Shown: positions 27,760-37,598, counted from the stretch's first letter. The stretch: DNA of 37,721 nucleotides from Bacteriovoracaceae bacterium (GCA_018649885.1 JABIHA010000120.1:1-37721), one strand, 5' to 3'. Notes: generated from the sequence alone by a model not told the origin. Translations and numbers: made by a program.

Positions 27760-29106
27760 ATGATAAAGAGAGTGTGGCTACCCTTATGGTTTAGTATGAT
27801 TATGTCAGCGAGCTGTGTTATCAGTGACGATGTGGTTGAAACAACCGCTGCGGGTCCAATTCCCACCTCAAATTTTAGTGTAACTGTTTACACAGAATAT
27901 ATGGGCCTAGTCTGTCCCCCTCCAAATAAAAGTATTGATCTAACCGGTGGAGTTGCAAGCACAGGTAGCTTTACATATTCGTTAGTCTCTAACGGGTCTA
28001 TGGGGACGGTCACCATTTCTGGCTCAACTGCTACATATGCTCCTATTCAAGATAAGGCCGGCTCAGATTCATTTGTCTACAGAGTTACTGGCTCAGATGG
28101 AGCAACCGGGGATGTGACAGTTAGTATCACCATAGAGGGATCAGATCTAACCGCTGCTACCACTGGCACAACTTTAAATACCCATGGTAATGTAGAGAAA
28201 TCAGATGCAGTGACGTACACTACGACAGATACAGGAAAAGGAATCACCAACGTCTCGGTTGTCTACAATCCACTTGAGAAAAAGTTTTACTCATTTTCTG
28301 ACCATCGTTTTAGCCCAGGTCCCTGTGGTGGAAATGCATGGGCCTACTCTGTAATGGAATCTCTCGATGGTACTACTTGGGTTAGAAGTAATGGGGATGT
28401 TTTTGTGCTTTCTCCTACAGATGTAACAAATGCTTGTTCATTACATCAACCTGGAATGGTATTTGACGGCGAGCTCTACCATATTTTTACTCAGGCCACA
28501 TTCAACGATGGAACTAGGGGACTTCTCTACTTTACTTCCACGGACCTTGCGACATTTACCTATAAGACCAGAATAACAACCTACACTCCAAATCCAAGCC
28601 AAGGTTTCCCAAGGCCGGTAATTTATAACAACGAAATATATTTACTCGAAAGTGATACAACTACATGGCCTGGAACTGAGTTGCATCTGGTGTATAGCTC
28701 CAATGGCAAAACGACCTGGACAGAGCAAGGCCAAATATTAACAACTGCCACCTACCCCAATTGGGACACTGGTGCCTTTGCCACCCATAGGGCCTTAGGC
28801 TTTTCAATGTTTTGCTCAAAAAGAACTGGAGAAAAACCCTTCAATCTATTTTTGCATATGGCCTCAACTGGTACTGCTGATGATGGATATGCAGGCACCC
28901 TTCATTCAGATGATGGGATTACCTGGACTGAGAGTACACTTCTAACTCCCGCTGGAGGAGCTCTCAACCGAGCTCTTTATGGTGGTGCTCGTATTCTTCG
29001 CCACAACAATGACTTCCTCATTTTCTGGACAGAAACTGACAGTGTTGATGGCGCAAGGAAATCTATTTGGCAGGGGTCTACCTACGGTGCCTGGCCTAGT
29101 ATTTAG
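27760..29106 (+). CDS. Lipoprotein with an Ig-like (Big_9-type) domain and a glycoside-hydrolase-like beta-propeller
   Basis: Lipobox SASC; GTVTISG..ATYAP....GSDSFVYRVT Ig motif; Asp-box-like SLDGTTW, STDLATF, SSNGKTTW, SDDGITW. Confidence 0.72.
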   Translation: MIKRVWLPLWFSMIMSASCVISDDVVETTAAGPIPTSNFSVTVYTEYMGLVCPPPNKSIDLTGGVASTGSFTYSLVSNGSMGTVTISGSTATYAPIQDKAGSDSFVYRVTGSDGATGDVTVSITIEGSDLTAATTGTTLNTHGNVEKSDAVTYTTTDTGKGITNVSVVYNPLEKKFYSFSDHRFSPGPCGGNAWAYSVMESLDGTTWVRSNGDVFVLSPTDVTNACSLHQPGMVFDGELYHIFTQATFNDGTRGLLYFTSTDLATFTYKTRITTYTPNPSQGFPRPVIYNNEIYLLESDTTTWPGTELHLVYSSNGKTTWTEQGQILTTATYPNWDTGAFATHRALGFSMFCSKRTGEKPFNLFLHMASTGTADDGYAGTLHSDDGITWTESTLLTPAGGALNRALYGGARILRHNNDFLIFWTETDSVDGARKSIWQGSTYGAWPSI

Positions 29107-29328
29107 AATAGTACTCTCAATTAAATAGACAAAAAGTCTGCACAATCTAGCAACACCTAGAGCAAATGAAAAATTGATCGGGCTTTCTAAATGTTTGTAA
29201 TTAAAGAAGTTAAAAGGAGGTTGTGAAGCCACTTTTAGATTAAAATAGGAAGAAAATTTTATATATCCTAGTACATTTTGATTTTTACCAGGTAGGGTTT
29301 TTCCTAATATGACCATTTGGGAAAGAAG

Positions 29329-30432
29329 ATGAAAAAGCTGTTAATTTCAATTTATCTATCAATATTTTGTAGTATTTGTTTTGCCCAAAATATCAATATT
29401 TCACCACTTTTTCATTCAAATGAGATCATTCAATTTGAAGTAAGCGGCAATTTTTCAGAGGCCTTTAATAAGGCCTATGCAGGAATTCCCGACGGAATTT
29501 TTCCACCAGTTAGAGTAAAGGATCCATTTTTTGGGAAGTTAAAATATACTAGTGATCAAGGTGAACTTGTTCAACTTGATGTAAAACTTAAAGTAAGGGG
29601 ACAGTCTTCATTACAAGAATGTGCTTTCCCAAAAATTCAAATAACTGTTTTTGATGATATCCAAAGAAAGCAAAGTATTTTCCATAAAGCGAAAAGAGTA
29701 AAAATAGGAACTCATTGCGGTGATCGTCCTGTTGATGCCCCAAAGGGAACAATTGGAAGACTGGTAAATGAAATTGCAACTTACCGTGAATCTTTTATTT
29801 ATGTTTTACACAAAATTTTTGACATGCCTTCACTTTTATCTCGTCCAACTTTCATTAAATGGATTGATACAACGGCCGGTATTCCTGAAAACAAGAAAAC
29901 GACTATCAGGATGGCCTTGGTCTTTGAGAACATAAAAAACTTAGCAAAAAGAGAAGGCGCCCAGCTAATGAAAGATGAAGTCTGGGATAAAGAAGTATTA
30001 GAAAATTACAGCGACCTGGAAAAAATGAAGATGATTTTATTTCAAGCTATGATTGGCAATTGGGATTGGCAATTTCCCTCGGGCAAAAGTAGTTACAGCC
30101 ACAATCTGTATATCTTGAGAGGAAGTGATGGAGTGACTCGCGCCGTTCCCTATGATTTTGATCTTGCCAGTATCGTCACTGGAAGAATCCTAAGACATTA
30201 CCCCAAAGGCTACCAACCGGGAAAGACTAACTTCTATAAAAATATTTACTACTTACTTGACCAGCGAATCAAAGAGTTTGATCGCTCAATTTTTGAAGAG
30301 ATAAAAAGCTACTTTCTAACTAAAGAATTTGTTGTGAAAGCAGCACCAGAATCATACCCCTTGGATGAAGATGGAAGATCTAATATTCAGGTCCATATAG
30401 AAGTATTTTACCAAATTCTCAGAGACATTTAG
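29329..30432 (+). CDS. Secreted CotH-like atypical kinase-fold protein
   Basis: Signal peptide ending CFA; motifs KVRG.S, E...Y, MIGNWDW...HN.Y and AVPYDFDLA. Confidence 0.6.
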   Translation: MKKLLISIYLSIFCSICFAQNINISPLFHSNEIIQFEVSGNFSEAFNKAYAGIPDGIFPPVRVKDPFFGKLKYTSDQGELVQLDVKLKVRGQSSLQECAFPKIQITVFDDIQRKQSIFHKAKRVKIGTHCGDRPVDAPKGTIGRLVNEIATYRESFIYVLHKIFDMPSLLSRPTFIKWIDTTAGIPENKKTTIRMALVFENIKNLAKREGAQLMKDEVWDKEVLENYSDLEKMKMILFQAMIGNWDWQFPSGKSSYSHNLYILRGSDGVTRAVPYDFDLASIVTGRILRHYPKGYQPGKTNFYKNIYYLLDQRIKEFDRSIFEEIKSYFLTKEFVVKAAPESYPLDEDGRSNIQVHIEVFYQILRDI

Positions 30433-30608
30433 TTACAATTCACTTCATAGTGTTGGGCAAGTAATGATTTTACCTGTAATTGAAACAAGACTTATTAATA
30501 AAAACTGGAAAAATATTATTTAAAATAAACTACTCTGAAAAGTCTCCATCACCTATTTTCGTAAGTGGTGTGTTGTTTTTAAAGTGATAAAATTAATGGA
30601 TTCATCCC

Positions 30609-30637
30609 TTGATAAGAAAAATACCCCATGATATCTT
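30609..30637 (+). promoter_or_regulatory. Candidate sigma-70 promoter with extended -10
   Basis: TTGATA-17 nt-TATCTT with TG one base upstream of the -10; ends 27 nt before ATG 30665. Confidence 0.45.
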
Positions 30638-30664
30638 CGCAAAAAACCAACAAGGAATTAATTT

Positions 30665-31831
30665 ATGGAAGTCACAAAAACTATATTGTTTATTAACTTG
30701 ATTATATGGACAAGTTTGGCGGGCGCTGCCGATGCATATAAAGTTGTATCAGAGCAAGCGGATAAAATCTTTGATGAAAAAATTTACCATGTTCAAACTA
30801 CTATTCAGCAGGGTGAAAAAGAAATTAATCGTTTCACCATGAATTATTTCAGAGCTGCCAGTGGTGATAAAAAGGGGCAAGCAGTACTCTTAGTCGGCGG
30901 ATCAAACTCCAATAGCGATGTATATAGCATAGGTGCCAATCCCTTGGTAAAAGACCTAGCGAGCCAGGGATATGCAGTTTATGGATATTCACCACGTACA
31001 AAGGGCTTGAGCTTAGGGTTTTGTCAAAAAGAGGCTAAGAAGTGCGATGAAATGAAAAATTGGGGTTTGAAGACTTACTTAAGTGATATTGAGCTTATGG
31101 CACAGAAGATTAAAGCCGAAAGTGGTCTGGCCCCAGTACTTGTGGGAATGTCGCTTGGGAGTATATTGTCCTTCAAGGCCTTGGCCGCACACCCAAATTA
31201 TTATGCAGGGGTTGTATTTATAGACGGAAATTCTTATTCAACTGATGAAAAATTCAAAAAGGGTTTCGAGACTGACTGTTTAAATGCCACCAAGGCCATT
31301 GCAAGTGGAGAGTATTACGATACGAGTATGTTGGGGTTTAAGCTTATGGCCAATCTTTTTGTCAATAATCCAGGGGGAAAGAGTCCTGTTGTTAATGGCC
31401 TCACAAATTACCAAGCATTTTTTGTGGCCACCAATAATCCTGTTCCCAATGCATTTCCAGGATACACTTATGTGGCCATGGGCGATACGCCATTTAGCTA
31501 TAAATATTCTCCAGTGGAAAATTTGTTAGATATGGTTGAGGTTGTCAATGAGCTTGAACCTATGAAGTTAATACAAGATTATTCATGCGAAATAGCTAGA
31601 GGTGTGAAGAATTACAAGAGAGACTATGCGGTTATTAATATCCCAGTTCTTGGAATAGCTGCCGAGAAAGGTTTTGGCGCCTTTATGCAAGAGTCCATTA
31701 TTGAAATGGGAGCAAAGGATAAGAGCTTCATCTTAAAACCTGGTTATGCTCACGCTGATTTGTTAACGGCAGATGACCAAAGAAGTGCATTAAATGATGA
31801 CATCATCAATTGGCTAAAAAAGAGATTCTAA
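30665..31831 (+). CDS. Secreted alpha/beta-fold hydrolase
   Basis: Signal peptide; LASQGYAVY, nucleophile elbow GMSLG, C-terminal GYAHAD; AAGGA RBS. Confidence 0.85.
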   Translation: MEVTKTILFINLIIWTSLAGAADAYKVVSEQADKIFDEKIYHVQTTIQQGEKEINRFTMNYFRAASGDKKGQAVLLVGGSNSNSDVYSIGANPLVKDLASQGYAVYGYSPRTKGLSLGFCQKEAKKCDEMKNWGLKTYLSDIELMAQKIKAESGLAPVLVGMSLGSILSFKALAAHPNYYAGVVFIDGNSYSTDEKFKKGFETDCLNATKAIASGEYYDTSMLGFKLMANLFVNNPGGKSPVVNGLTNYQAFFVATNNPVPNAFPGYTYVAMGDTPFSYKYSPVENLLDMVEVVNELEPMKLIQDYSCEIARGVKNYKRDYAVINIPVLGIAAEKGFGAFMQESIIEMGAKDKSFILKPGYAHADLLTADDQRSALNDDIINWLKKRF

Positions 31832-31845
31832 AAATTTGAAGCCTC

Positions 31846-33135
31846 TTAAGAAACGGTGACTCCCTCAGATCCAACCCATGGAATAATTGATGTTCCGGAT
31901 TCATAGGTGTTGCTGCTAACGCCCCAAATATTTTCAAATAGTGAAAAGAGATTGCCGGAAATCATTGTTTCATGAAGGGGAGTGGTGATTTTTCCATTTT
32001 CTATTAAGTATGAATTTTTTGCGATGCCAGAAAATTCTCCAGATGTTGAAGGTCTGCCGCCTGAAAATCTGGAAACGAGAATTCCATGATCAATATGAGA
32101 GATCATTTTTTCTAGGTCTTCTTTTCCTGGCTCGATATAGATTCTTGAGTCAAAGTTTGTGACTTTGTCGTGGCCTGATTTATTAGCACCATAAATTCCC
32201 ATGAGATAGTTCTCAAGTACTCCCTTATCTAAAATAGTCATGTCACGCATTTCATTTCCCTCTCCAGTTATAAAGGAGGGGATTTCAAATTTATCTGAAC
32301 AGGGAAGAGATTTTACCGTGAGCTGTTCGGATGCGATTTTCTCTCCCAGTTTACCGTAAAGCTTTGAGGTGTCAGATATGATTCTAGTAGATCTTAAATG
32401 TTCAAAGTACATTGAGAGAAAATTGCCAAAACAAGCCGGGGTAAGGATGATTTTCCCTTTGAAGGTCTCTTTTATTTTTTGGCAATCAAGTTGCTCACTT
32501 GTTTGAGAAAAAAGCATGTCAAAAATCCCAGCTTCAATAGCTCTTTTAGGGATATTTTGAAAAGATATTCCTTCATAATTCATGGAACTAGTTTTTCCAT
32601 CTTTTTGGGCACAAAAAACGGTATTGAGTGAATAGTACCCCTTTCTTGTTTCAAAATTCACACCATTTGAGTTTAGAAAAAGACTCTTGTTATTGGTAAA
32701 AGAGGTAACTCCAGTTCTGATATGAACGGTGGGGTATCTCTCATGGCAGTTTGTGACTAACCCATTTAGGAGAGTGTGCATATTGTCTAAGTCCGCCTTT
32801 AGTGGACCTGAGTCAAATACTTTTGCTTCTGCCTTCTCGGCGATATCAAAGGCCTCATCTGCTTTTCCAGAGCTGGCAATTTCCATCACTTTTTTGCAGG
32901 CCTCCTCCAATTCATCATCACTGAGTTTGTTGATGGAGATGGATCCTTTTTTATGGTCTTTTAGTACGGTTATAGATACCCGTGCGTCGTCAATTGAGCG
33001 AAAAAGAGTAAAGTCATCATTTTCATAGGTGAGCTCATCCATTTCACTGAAATTAATTACAACCTGTGACTTATCAGCTCCAAGCTCTCTTAGTTTTTCA
33101 ATTGTATTTTTTCCAATACTTTGTAAGTCTTCCAT
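31846..33135 (-). CDS. pmbA: TldE/PmbA family protein
   Basis: SKLYGKLGEKIAS, SGEFSG, IENGKI and ETMISGN motifs; no HExxxH; ATG 33135 overlaps the tldD stop (TAATG) with an AGGAGG RBS. Confidence 0.88.
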   Translation of the reverse strand: MEDLQSIGKNTIEKLRELGADKSQVVINFSEMDELTYENDDFTLFRSIDDARVSITVLKDHKKGSISINKLSDDELEEACKKVMEIASSGKADEAFDIAEKAEAKVFDSGPLKADLDNMHTLLNGLVTNCHERYPTVHIRTGVTSFTNNKSLFLNSNGVNFETRKGYYSLNTVFCAQKDGKTSSMNYEGISFQNIPKRAIEAGIFDMLFSQTSEQLDCQKIKETFKGKIILTPACFGNFLSMYFEHLRSTRIISDTSKLYGKLGEKIASEQLTVKSLPCSDKFEIPSFITGEGNEMRDMTILDKGVLENYLMGIYGANKSGHDKVTNFDSRIYIEPGKEDLEKMISHIDHGILVSRFSGGRPSTSGEFSGIAKNSYLIENGKITTPLHETMISGNLFSLFENIWGVSSNTYESGTSIIPWVGSEGVTVS

Positions 33136-34517
33136 TACTTTCCTCCTATATGAACTTTGCACTTCAAGCTGGGACCACCGTGAGAGACGATCATTCTTTG
33201 TTTTTTTCCACAAAACCCAGTTGAGTGAACACTGAACTCATCACTCACCATATCCACAGTTTTTAGCATATTGAAGGCAACACCTGAGATGGTAGTGTCT
33301 TTTATGGCACGTCCTAGTTTTCCTTTTTTAATTTCATAACCAAAGGTGACTCCAAACATAAACTCTGTAGTCAAATCAGCTTGACCATTTGATCTACTGA
33401 GTAGGTGGTACCCATCATCTATTGAGCTGATCATGTCATCCAGTTTGTCCTGTCCTGGAAGAATGATCGTATTTCTCATTCTAATGAGAGGCTCATCAGT
33501 ATATGTAAATGCACGAGCATTTCCTGTGGGAGCCATGTCAAAGTGAGATGATGATTCTCTATTGTGCATATAATTCACAAGAGTACCTTGATCAATTAAA
33601 ACTGAGTCAACCGCCTCAACTCCCTCATCATCTATATAAACGGGAACAGGAAGCTCCTTTCCATTATATGAATGGGCAAAGTCAACCATCGTGACAAGAC
33701 TGCTGGCCACTTCTTTTCCTAGGTTGACCCCAGCTACTGAGCCAGCTCGAACTAAGTCAGCCTCAGCAGGGTGTCCCACAGCTTCGTGGGCCAAAACTCC
33801 TGTCACAGCAGGGGAGACAATGACATCTTTTACCCCAGCTGACGGCATGATGCCTGAAGCTTTTTCTCTCACTTGCTGGTAAGTCTTTTCAATCTCAGGA
33901 TAAAATTTTTCATGGCCATCCATCACATCAAATGTTCTGCCGTATCCTCCAAGCCCATTTAGAAGGGATACGATTTCACCGTCTTTTTCATAAGATAGTG
34001 AAACATAGAAAACGGTTCTTGGTAGAGTGTGATAGGCACTAGATCCATTACTGGCCATCAACTTTTTTTCTAATTCATTGTAGTTGATAATGACGTCCAC
34101 TCTTTTTAGGTCGGGGTACTTTTTTTCAATATAAGAGTTAATATCTCGGGCCTTATCAATAAGATCTTTTTGAGTGAGCACTTGAGTGCTGCCCTGATAA
34201 TCTCTTTCAAATTGAAATTCTTTTTCAACAATCTTTGTGTTTGCTGGTGTTGATTTAATTTTGCTCAAAAACTCGGCATTTCTCTTTGATTTTTCTAGTA
34301 CTCCCCACAAGGAGTCTTTTGAAATAACCGAGCTTGCGGCCATGGCCCACTCGCCGTTAATAAAAGAGCGGGCTGAAACTCCCGATGCCACAGTTTCACT
34401 GTTGGACATTAAGTCCCCATTAATAAGACCTACCATTTGAGTGGTATTTTTTTGAGCGCGCAGTTCTACGTAGTGAGCAGCCTCTTTAATTACTTCTTCA
34501 ATTGCTACATTTTTCAT
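33135..34517 (-). CDS. tldD: TldD family metalloprotease
   Basis: HEAVGH zinc motif, DDEG, TGNAR, P.IRMRNT, C-terminal CGK; GAGG RBS. Confidence 0.92.
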   Translation of the reverse strand: MKNVAIEEVIKEAAHYVELRAQKNTTQMVGLINGDLMSNSETVASGVSARSFINGEWAMAASSVISKDSLWGVLEKSKRNAEFLSKIKSTPANTKIVEKEFQFERDYQGSTQVLTQKDLIDKARDINSYIEKKYPDLKRVDVIINYNELEKKLMASNGSSAYHTLPRTVFYVSLSYEKDGEIVSLLNGLGGYGRTFDVMDGHEKFYPEIEKTYQQVREKASGIMPSAGVKDVIVSPAVTGVLAHEAVGHPAEADLVRAGSVAGVNLGKEVASSLVTMVDFAHSYNGKELPVPVYIDDEGVEAVDSVLIDQGTLVNYMHNRESSSHFDMAPTGNARAFTYTDEPLIRMRNTIILPGQDKLDDMISSIDDGYHLLSRSNGQADLTTEFMFGVTFGYEIKKGKLGRAIKDTTISGVAFNMLKTVDMVSDEFSVHSTGFCGKKQRMIVSHGGPSLKCKVHIGGK

Positions 34518-34602
34518 TAATTACCTCATACAAATTTGTATAAGATCTTAACATAATTTATGAAAAGCGCATGGTGTAGAAATTAGTAGCTGCTAAGCGA
34601 CT

Positions 34603-34896
34603 TTAACTTTCTTGTTTGGGTGGTTTGTTGCCAGGTTTTGCCAAAATTTCTAAGTAAAAAGATTCTTTATCTTCTGAGGCCAACTGGGAAATGGCCGAAT
34701 TGATTTCAAAAACTTGGACCCTAGAGCAAACTTGTTCGTTTTCTCCAATCTTGCAATCAAAGTCCCAAAAGTCGAAACTCTCTGGCAGCTTTTTTTTTCT
34801 CTCACGAGTGATATATTTTTTTATCTCATATTTGACTGAGTCCACTTGGCGTTCAGGTTTTTTATTTTCAGCTGTTAGCTTAAAAGACTTTTTCAT
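34603..34896 (-). CDS. DUF6172-like small protein
   Basis: MKKSF.L...K.E..KY..RER.K.LP...DFWDFDCK.G...SFYLEILAKPG pattern recalled for this family; ATGA overlap with the helicase stop. Confidence 0.75.
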   Translation of the reverse strand: MKKSFKLTAENKKPERQVDSVKYEIKKYITRERKKKLPESFDFWDFDCKIGENEQVCSRVQVFEINSAISQLASEDKESFYLEILAKPGNKPPKQES

Positions 34897-36092
34897 CGTT
34901 TTCTCTTTTCATTTTTTTGTTTGGTTTTTTTGCTGGCAATTCGTAGATCATTTCGACCTTGCAACACGAGGGCATCATTGATTTTTTGTCTTCTCTGAGT
35001 ATCTTTTGAGGTGACAAAGTTAAAGACACTACCAGCTCTTCCTGCACGACCAACCCGACCACTACGGTGAAGGTAGTAATCTGGCTCTGAGGGAAGATCA
35101 AAATTTAAAACCCACTGCAGGTGAGTAATATCGATTCCACGGGCAAAAATATCTGTCGCCACCATAATGCCACCTGATTTTCTAAATTTTTCTACAACGG
35201 CAACACGTTCTTTAATTTCGAGATCTTTATGGAGGATATGGACTTTTTCCATGCCTGAGTCTTGAATCATTTTAAAGACATTTTTTGCACGTGCTTTATT
35301 GCCCATAAAAATAAGACCATTTTTCTTATTTTGCTCTTTAATGAATGAATTGATGTATGTGAATTTGTCTTCATTTTCCAGGGTTATATTATAGGTTTTC
35401 ACCTCATGGTTTAAGACGTTTTCTTCACCTTTCCCAATAGTTTTGAAAGACTTGCCTGGGAAGTATTCAACAATTAACTCTGAGAAATTGGCAGGCCTTG
35501 AAGCACTAATTAAAAATACTTGGGTCTTTTCTTCTCTGAGTACTGTTGTGAGTTCAGCCACCGTTTTTTTAAATGAAGACTCTAGGAGTTGGTCGGCCTC
35601 ATCAAATATTAAATACTTTAGTGATCTACTAGATAGCTCTTTGTTTTTAAAAGCTCTCAGGCAGCGATCTGGTGTGGTTACAAGAATATCCATTTCAGAT
35701 GAGTAGAGGTTATCAAGGGAGCGTCCCTTGTCTCCTCCTACTAGCTTTCTAACTCGCTGTTTAGCAAAGTGTGAAATGCCTTTAGCGATGCCAAAAACTT
35801 GGATTGCAAGCTCTCTAGTAGGGAGTAAAATGATTGCCTTGGGTCTTCCAGCTTTCTCTGAGGCGCCAGACACTTCGGCTTCCTTAAGTTTTTGTATTAG
35901 TGGTAATAGGTAGCCTAAGGTTTTCCCGCTTCCGGTACGGCCTTGAACAGTATAATTGCCATCTCTAAGCAGTTGGGGGATGCATTCGCCCTGGACTTGA
36001 GTTGGTTTACTAAATTTAACGGATTTCAAATACTCGAGCAGGTCTACATTGGATATCAACTTGCCGAATTCAGATACTTTCTTAGAATTCAT
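34893..36092 (-). CDS. DEAD-box RNA helicase
   Basis: Q motif PTQVQ, TGSGKT, PTRELA, GG, DEAD, ARGID, HRSGRVGR; motif III reads SAS. Confidence 0.92.
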   Translation of the reverse strand: MNSKKVSEFGKLISNVDLLEYLKSVKFSKPTQVQGECIPQLLRDGNYTVQGRTGSGKTLGYLLPLIQKLKEAEVSGASEKAGRPKAIILLPTRELAIQVFGIAKGISHFAKQRVRKLVGGDKGRSLDNLYSSEMDILVTTPDRCLRAFKNKELSSRSLKYLIFDEADQLLESSFKKTVAELTTVLREEKTQVFLISASRPANFSELIVEYFPGKSFKTIGKGEENVLNHEVKTYNITLENEDKFTYINSFIKEQNKKNGLIFMGNKARAKNVFKMIQDSGMEKVHILHKDLEIKERVAVVEKFRKSGGIMVATDIFARGIDITHLQWVLNFDLPSEPDYYLHRSGRVGRAGRAGSVFNFVTSKDTQRRQKINDALVLQGRNDLRIASKKTKQKNEKRKR

Positions 36093-36226
36093 CTTTTTTT
36101 CCTTTGTTACGCACCCTGGGTATCACTATTTGAGATCCATTAGAAAGCAGATAATGTAAAATATTTAGAAGTTTTAGGTAATTAGTGGATGATGCGTCGC
36201 ATTTTCGCGCTTACAAAGGGATCGTC

Positions 36227-36430
36227 GTGGACGGGACAAATCGAGAGAATATAAGACCAGGGATTAAGGTCCAAATTGTTTTAAAGAAGGACCAGCGTTC
36301 AGGAAAGCTCACCGAGGGCGTAGTTAAAGATCTCCTGACAAAATCAGGAAGCCACCCTCACGGCATAAAGGTTCGCCTAGAAAGTGGGGATGTGGGGCGA
36401 GTGAAGGAAATTCTTGGTGATAATGAGTAG
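36227..36430 (+). CDS. ywbE: YwbE family protein
   Basis: G..V.IVLKKDQRSGKLTEGVVKDLLTKS..HPHGIKVRL..G.VGRV; probable GTG start at 36227 after AAGGGA. Confidence 0.88.
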   Translation: MDGTNRENIRPGIKVQIVLKKDQRSGKLTEGVVKDLLTKSGSHPHGIKVRLESGDVGRVKEILGDNE

Positions 36431-36475
36431 GGAAGGTGGTAGTTACTGCCAAACCTTATCTAAGAAAATACTATT

Positions 36476-37465
36476 ATGAGTGATCAGTTTTTATTTTTTT
36501 GTGTCAATCTGGGAAACGAAAATCTTCTGAAAGAAGAGATCCGTGTGTTTTACCCCGAGCTAACTCTCAGCTACTCCAGAAAGGGGTTCATCACCTATAA
36601 AAACAAAGGTGTTGTTTACGACCTCTCCTCTATTTCACAACTTGAGGCAACCTTTGCAACACGAGCGGGGATTTGCCTTGGAAAAGCCAAACCTGATCAG
36701 CTCAATGAAACTGTAACAAAGAGTTGTCAGGAGTTAGAACTCGACTTTGATCAAACTATCATTCACAGCTTTAGTGTAGGAGCTGAGTTCCAAATAGATG
36801 CTGCTGAAATATTTAATAGAGAAGTTAATAATTATAGTGCTAATGGCAAGACAGTCATTGACCTGATCACTCTAGGTGAAAATGAGGTTTGGTTTGGAGT
36901 GCATATAGTTGCTGCTGGCACCACACGCTTTCCCAATTCAAATCCTTCTATTACAACGCCAGCGGACTCACCCTCGGCCAGTTACACCAAACTAGCTCAA
37001 ATTGCCTCACTCTTTTCCATCAAACTAGATGAGAGAGACTCATGGCTTGATTTTGGAAGTGCCCCTGGTGGGGCCAGTCACTTTCTTTTAAATCGAGGCC
37101 ATAAGGTTTGGGGAATTGATACTGCAAAAATGGCAGCGTCTATATCTGCCCACAAAAATTACCATCATATAAAGTGTTCAGTTCAAGATCTAACTCAAGA
37201 AGCTCTCCCCGAAGGTGACATTCACTGGGTCCATGCTGACCTAAATCTCAATCCCTTCCAGGCCATCAAAGAAGTTCTAAGACTTTGCAAAAAATATAAC
37301 TATGCCATTAAGGGAATGATTTTCACCGTTCAAGTTGTAAAATTAGATTACGTTAAAAATATCGAAGCTTTTGAAGACTTATTCTACGATTGGGGATTCA
37401 CTGATATTATCAGTCGTCAGGTTCCCGCTCACAAGCAAGAGTATGTAATCATAGCTTCTAAATAG
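36476..37465 (+). CDS. RlmM/FtsJ-like SAM-dependent RNA 2'-O-methyltransferase homologue
   Basis: S.SY.KL, SAM motif DFGSAPGG, GIDTA, HADLN, C-terminal RQVPAHKQE. Confidence 0.75.
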   Translation: MSDQFLFFCVNLGNENLLKEEIRVFYPELTLSYSRKGFITYKNKGVVYDLSSISQLEATFATRAGICLGKAKPDQLNETVTKSCQELELDFDQTIIHSFSVGAEFQIDAAEIFNREVNNYSANGKTVIDLITLGENEVWFGVHIVAAGTTRFPNSNPSITTPADSPSASYTKLAQIASLFSIKLDERDSWLDFGSAPGGASHFLLNRGHKVWGIDTAKMAASISAHKNYHHIKCSVQDLTQEALPEGDIHWVHADLNLNPFQAIKEVLRLCKKYNYAIKGMIFTVQVVKLDYVKNIEAFEDLFYDWGFTDIISRQVPAHKQEYVIIASK

Positions 37466-37559
37466 AAGTAGTTGAGAGGAATTTCTCCGTGTGAGATATG
37501 TACTACTTTCAAGGAAAAATCTAAAATAGAAATGAATGTTCTTATATGGGGACCTTATA

Positions 37560-37593
37560 CGTTGACTTGCCCGATTGTCACTTGCCCTTGCCC
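37560..37593 (-). repeat. Short GGGCAA-type repeats immediately downstream of the four-helix-bundle gene
   Basis: Minus strand: GGGCAA GGGCAA GTGACAATC GGGCAA GTCAAC G, beginning 5 nt after the TAA. Confidence 0.6.
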
Positions 37594-37598
37594 GAGAA

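Noticed and set aside
28942..29316. 124-aa minus-strand ORF and the other short alternate-frame ORFs in the track
   Set aside because: They overlap stronger genes on the opposite strand or frame, with no family motifs or convincing starts
31846..34517. TldD/PmbA as part of a RiPP (microcin-like) cluster
   Set aside because: No precursor peptide, YcaO or other modification or export genes are adjacent; it looks like the ordinary housekeeping pair
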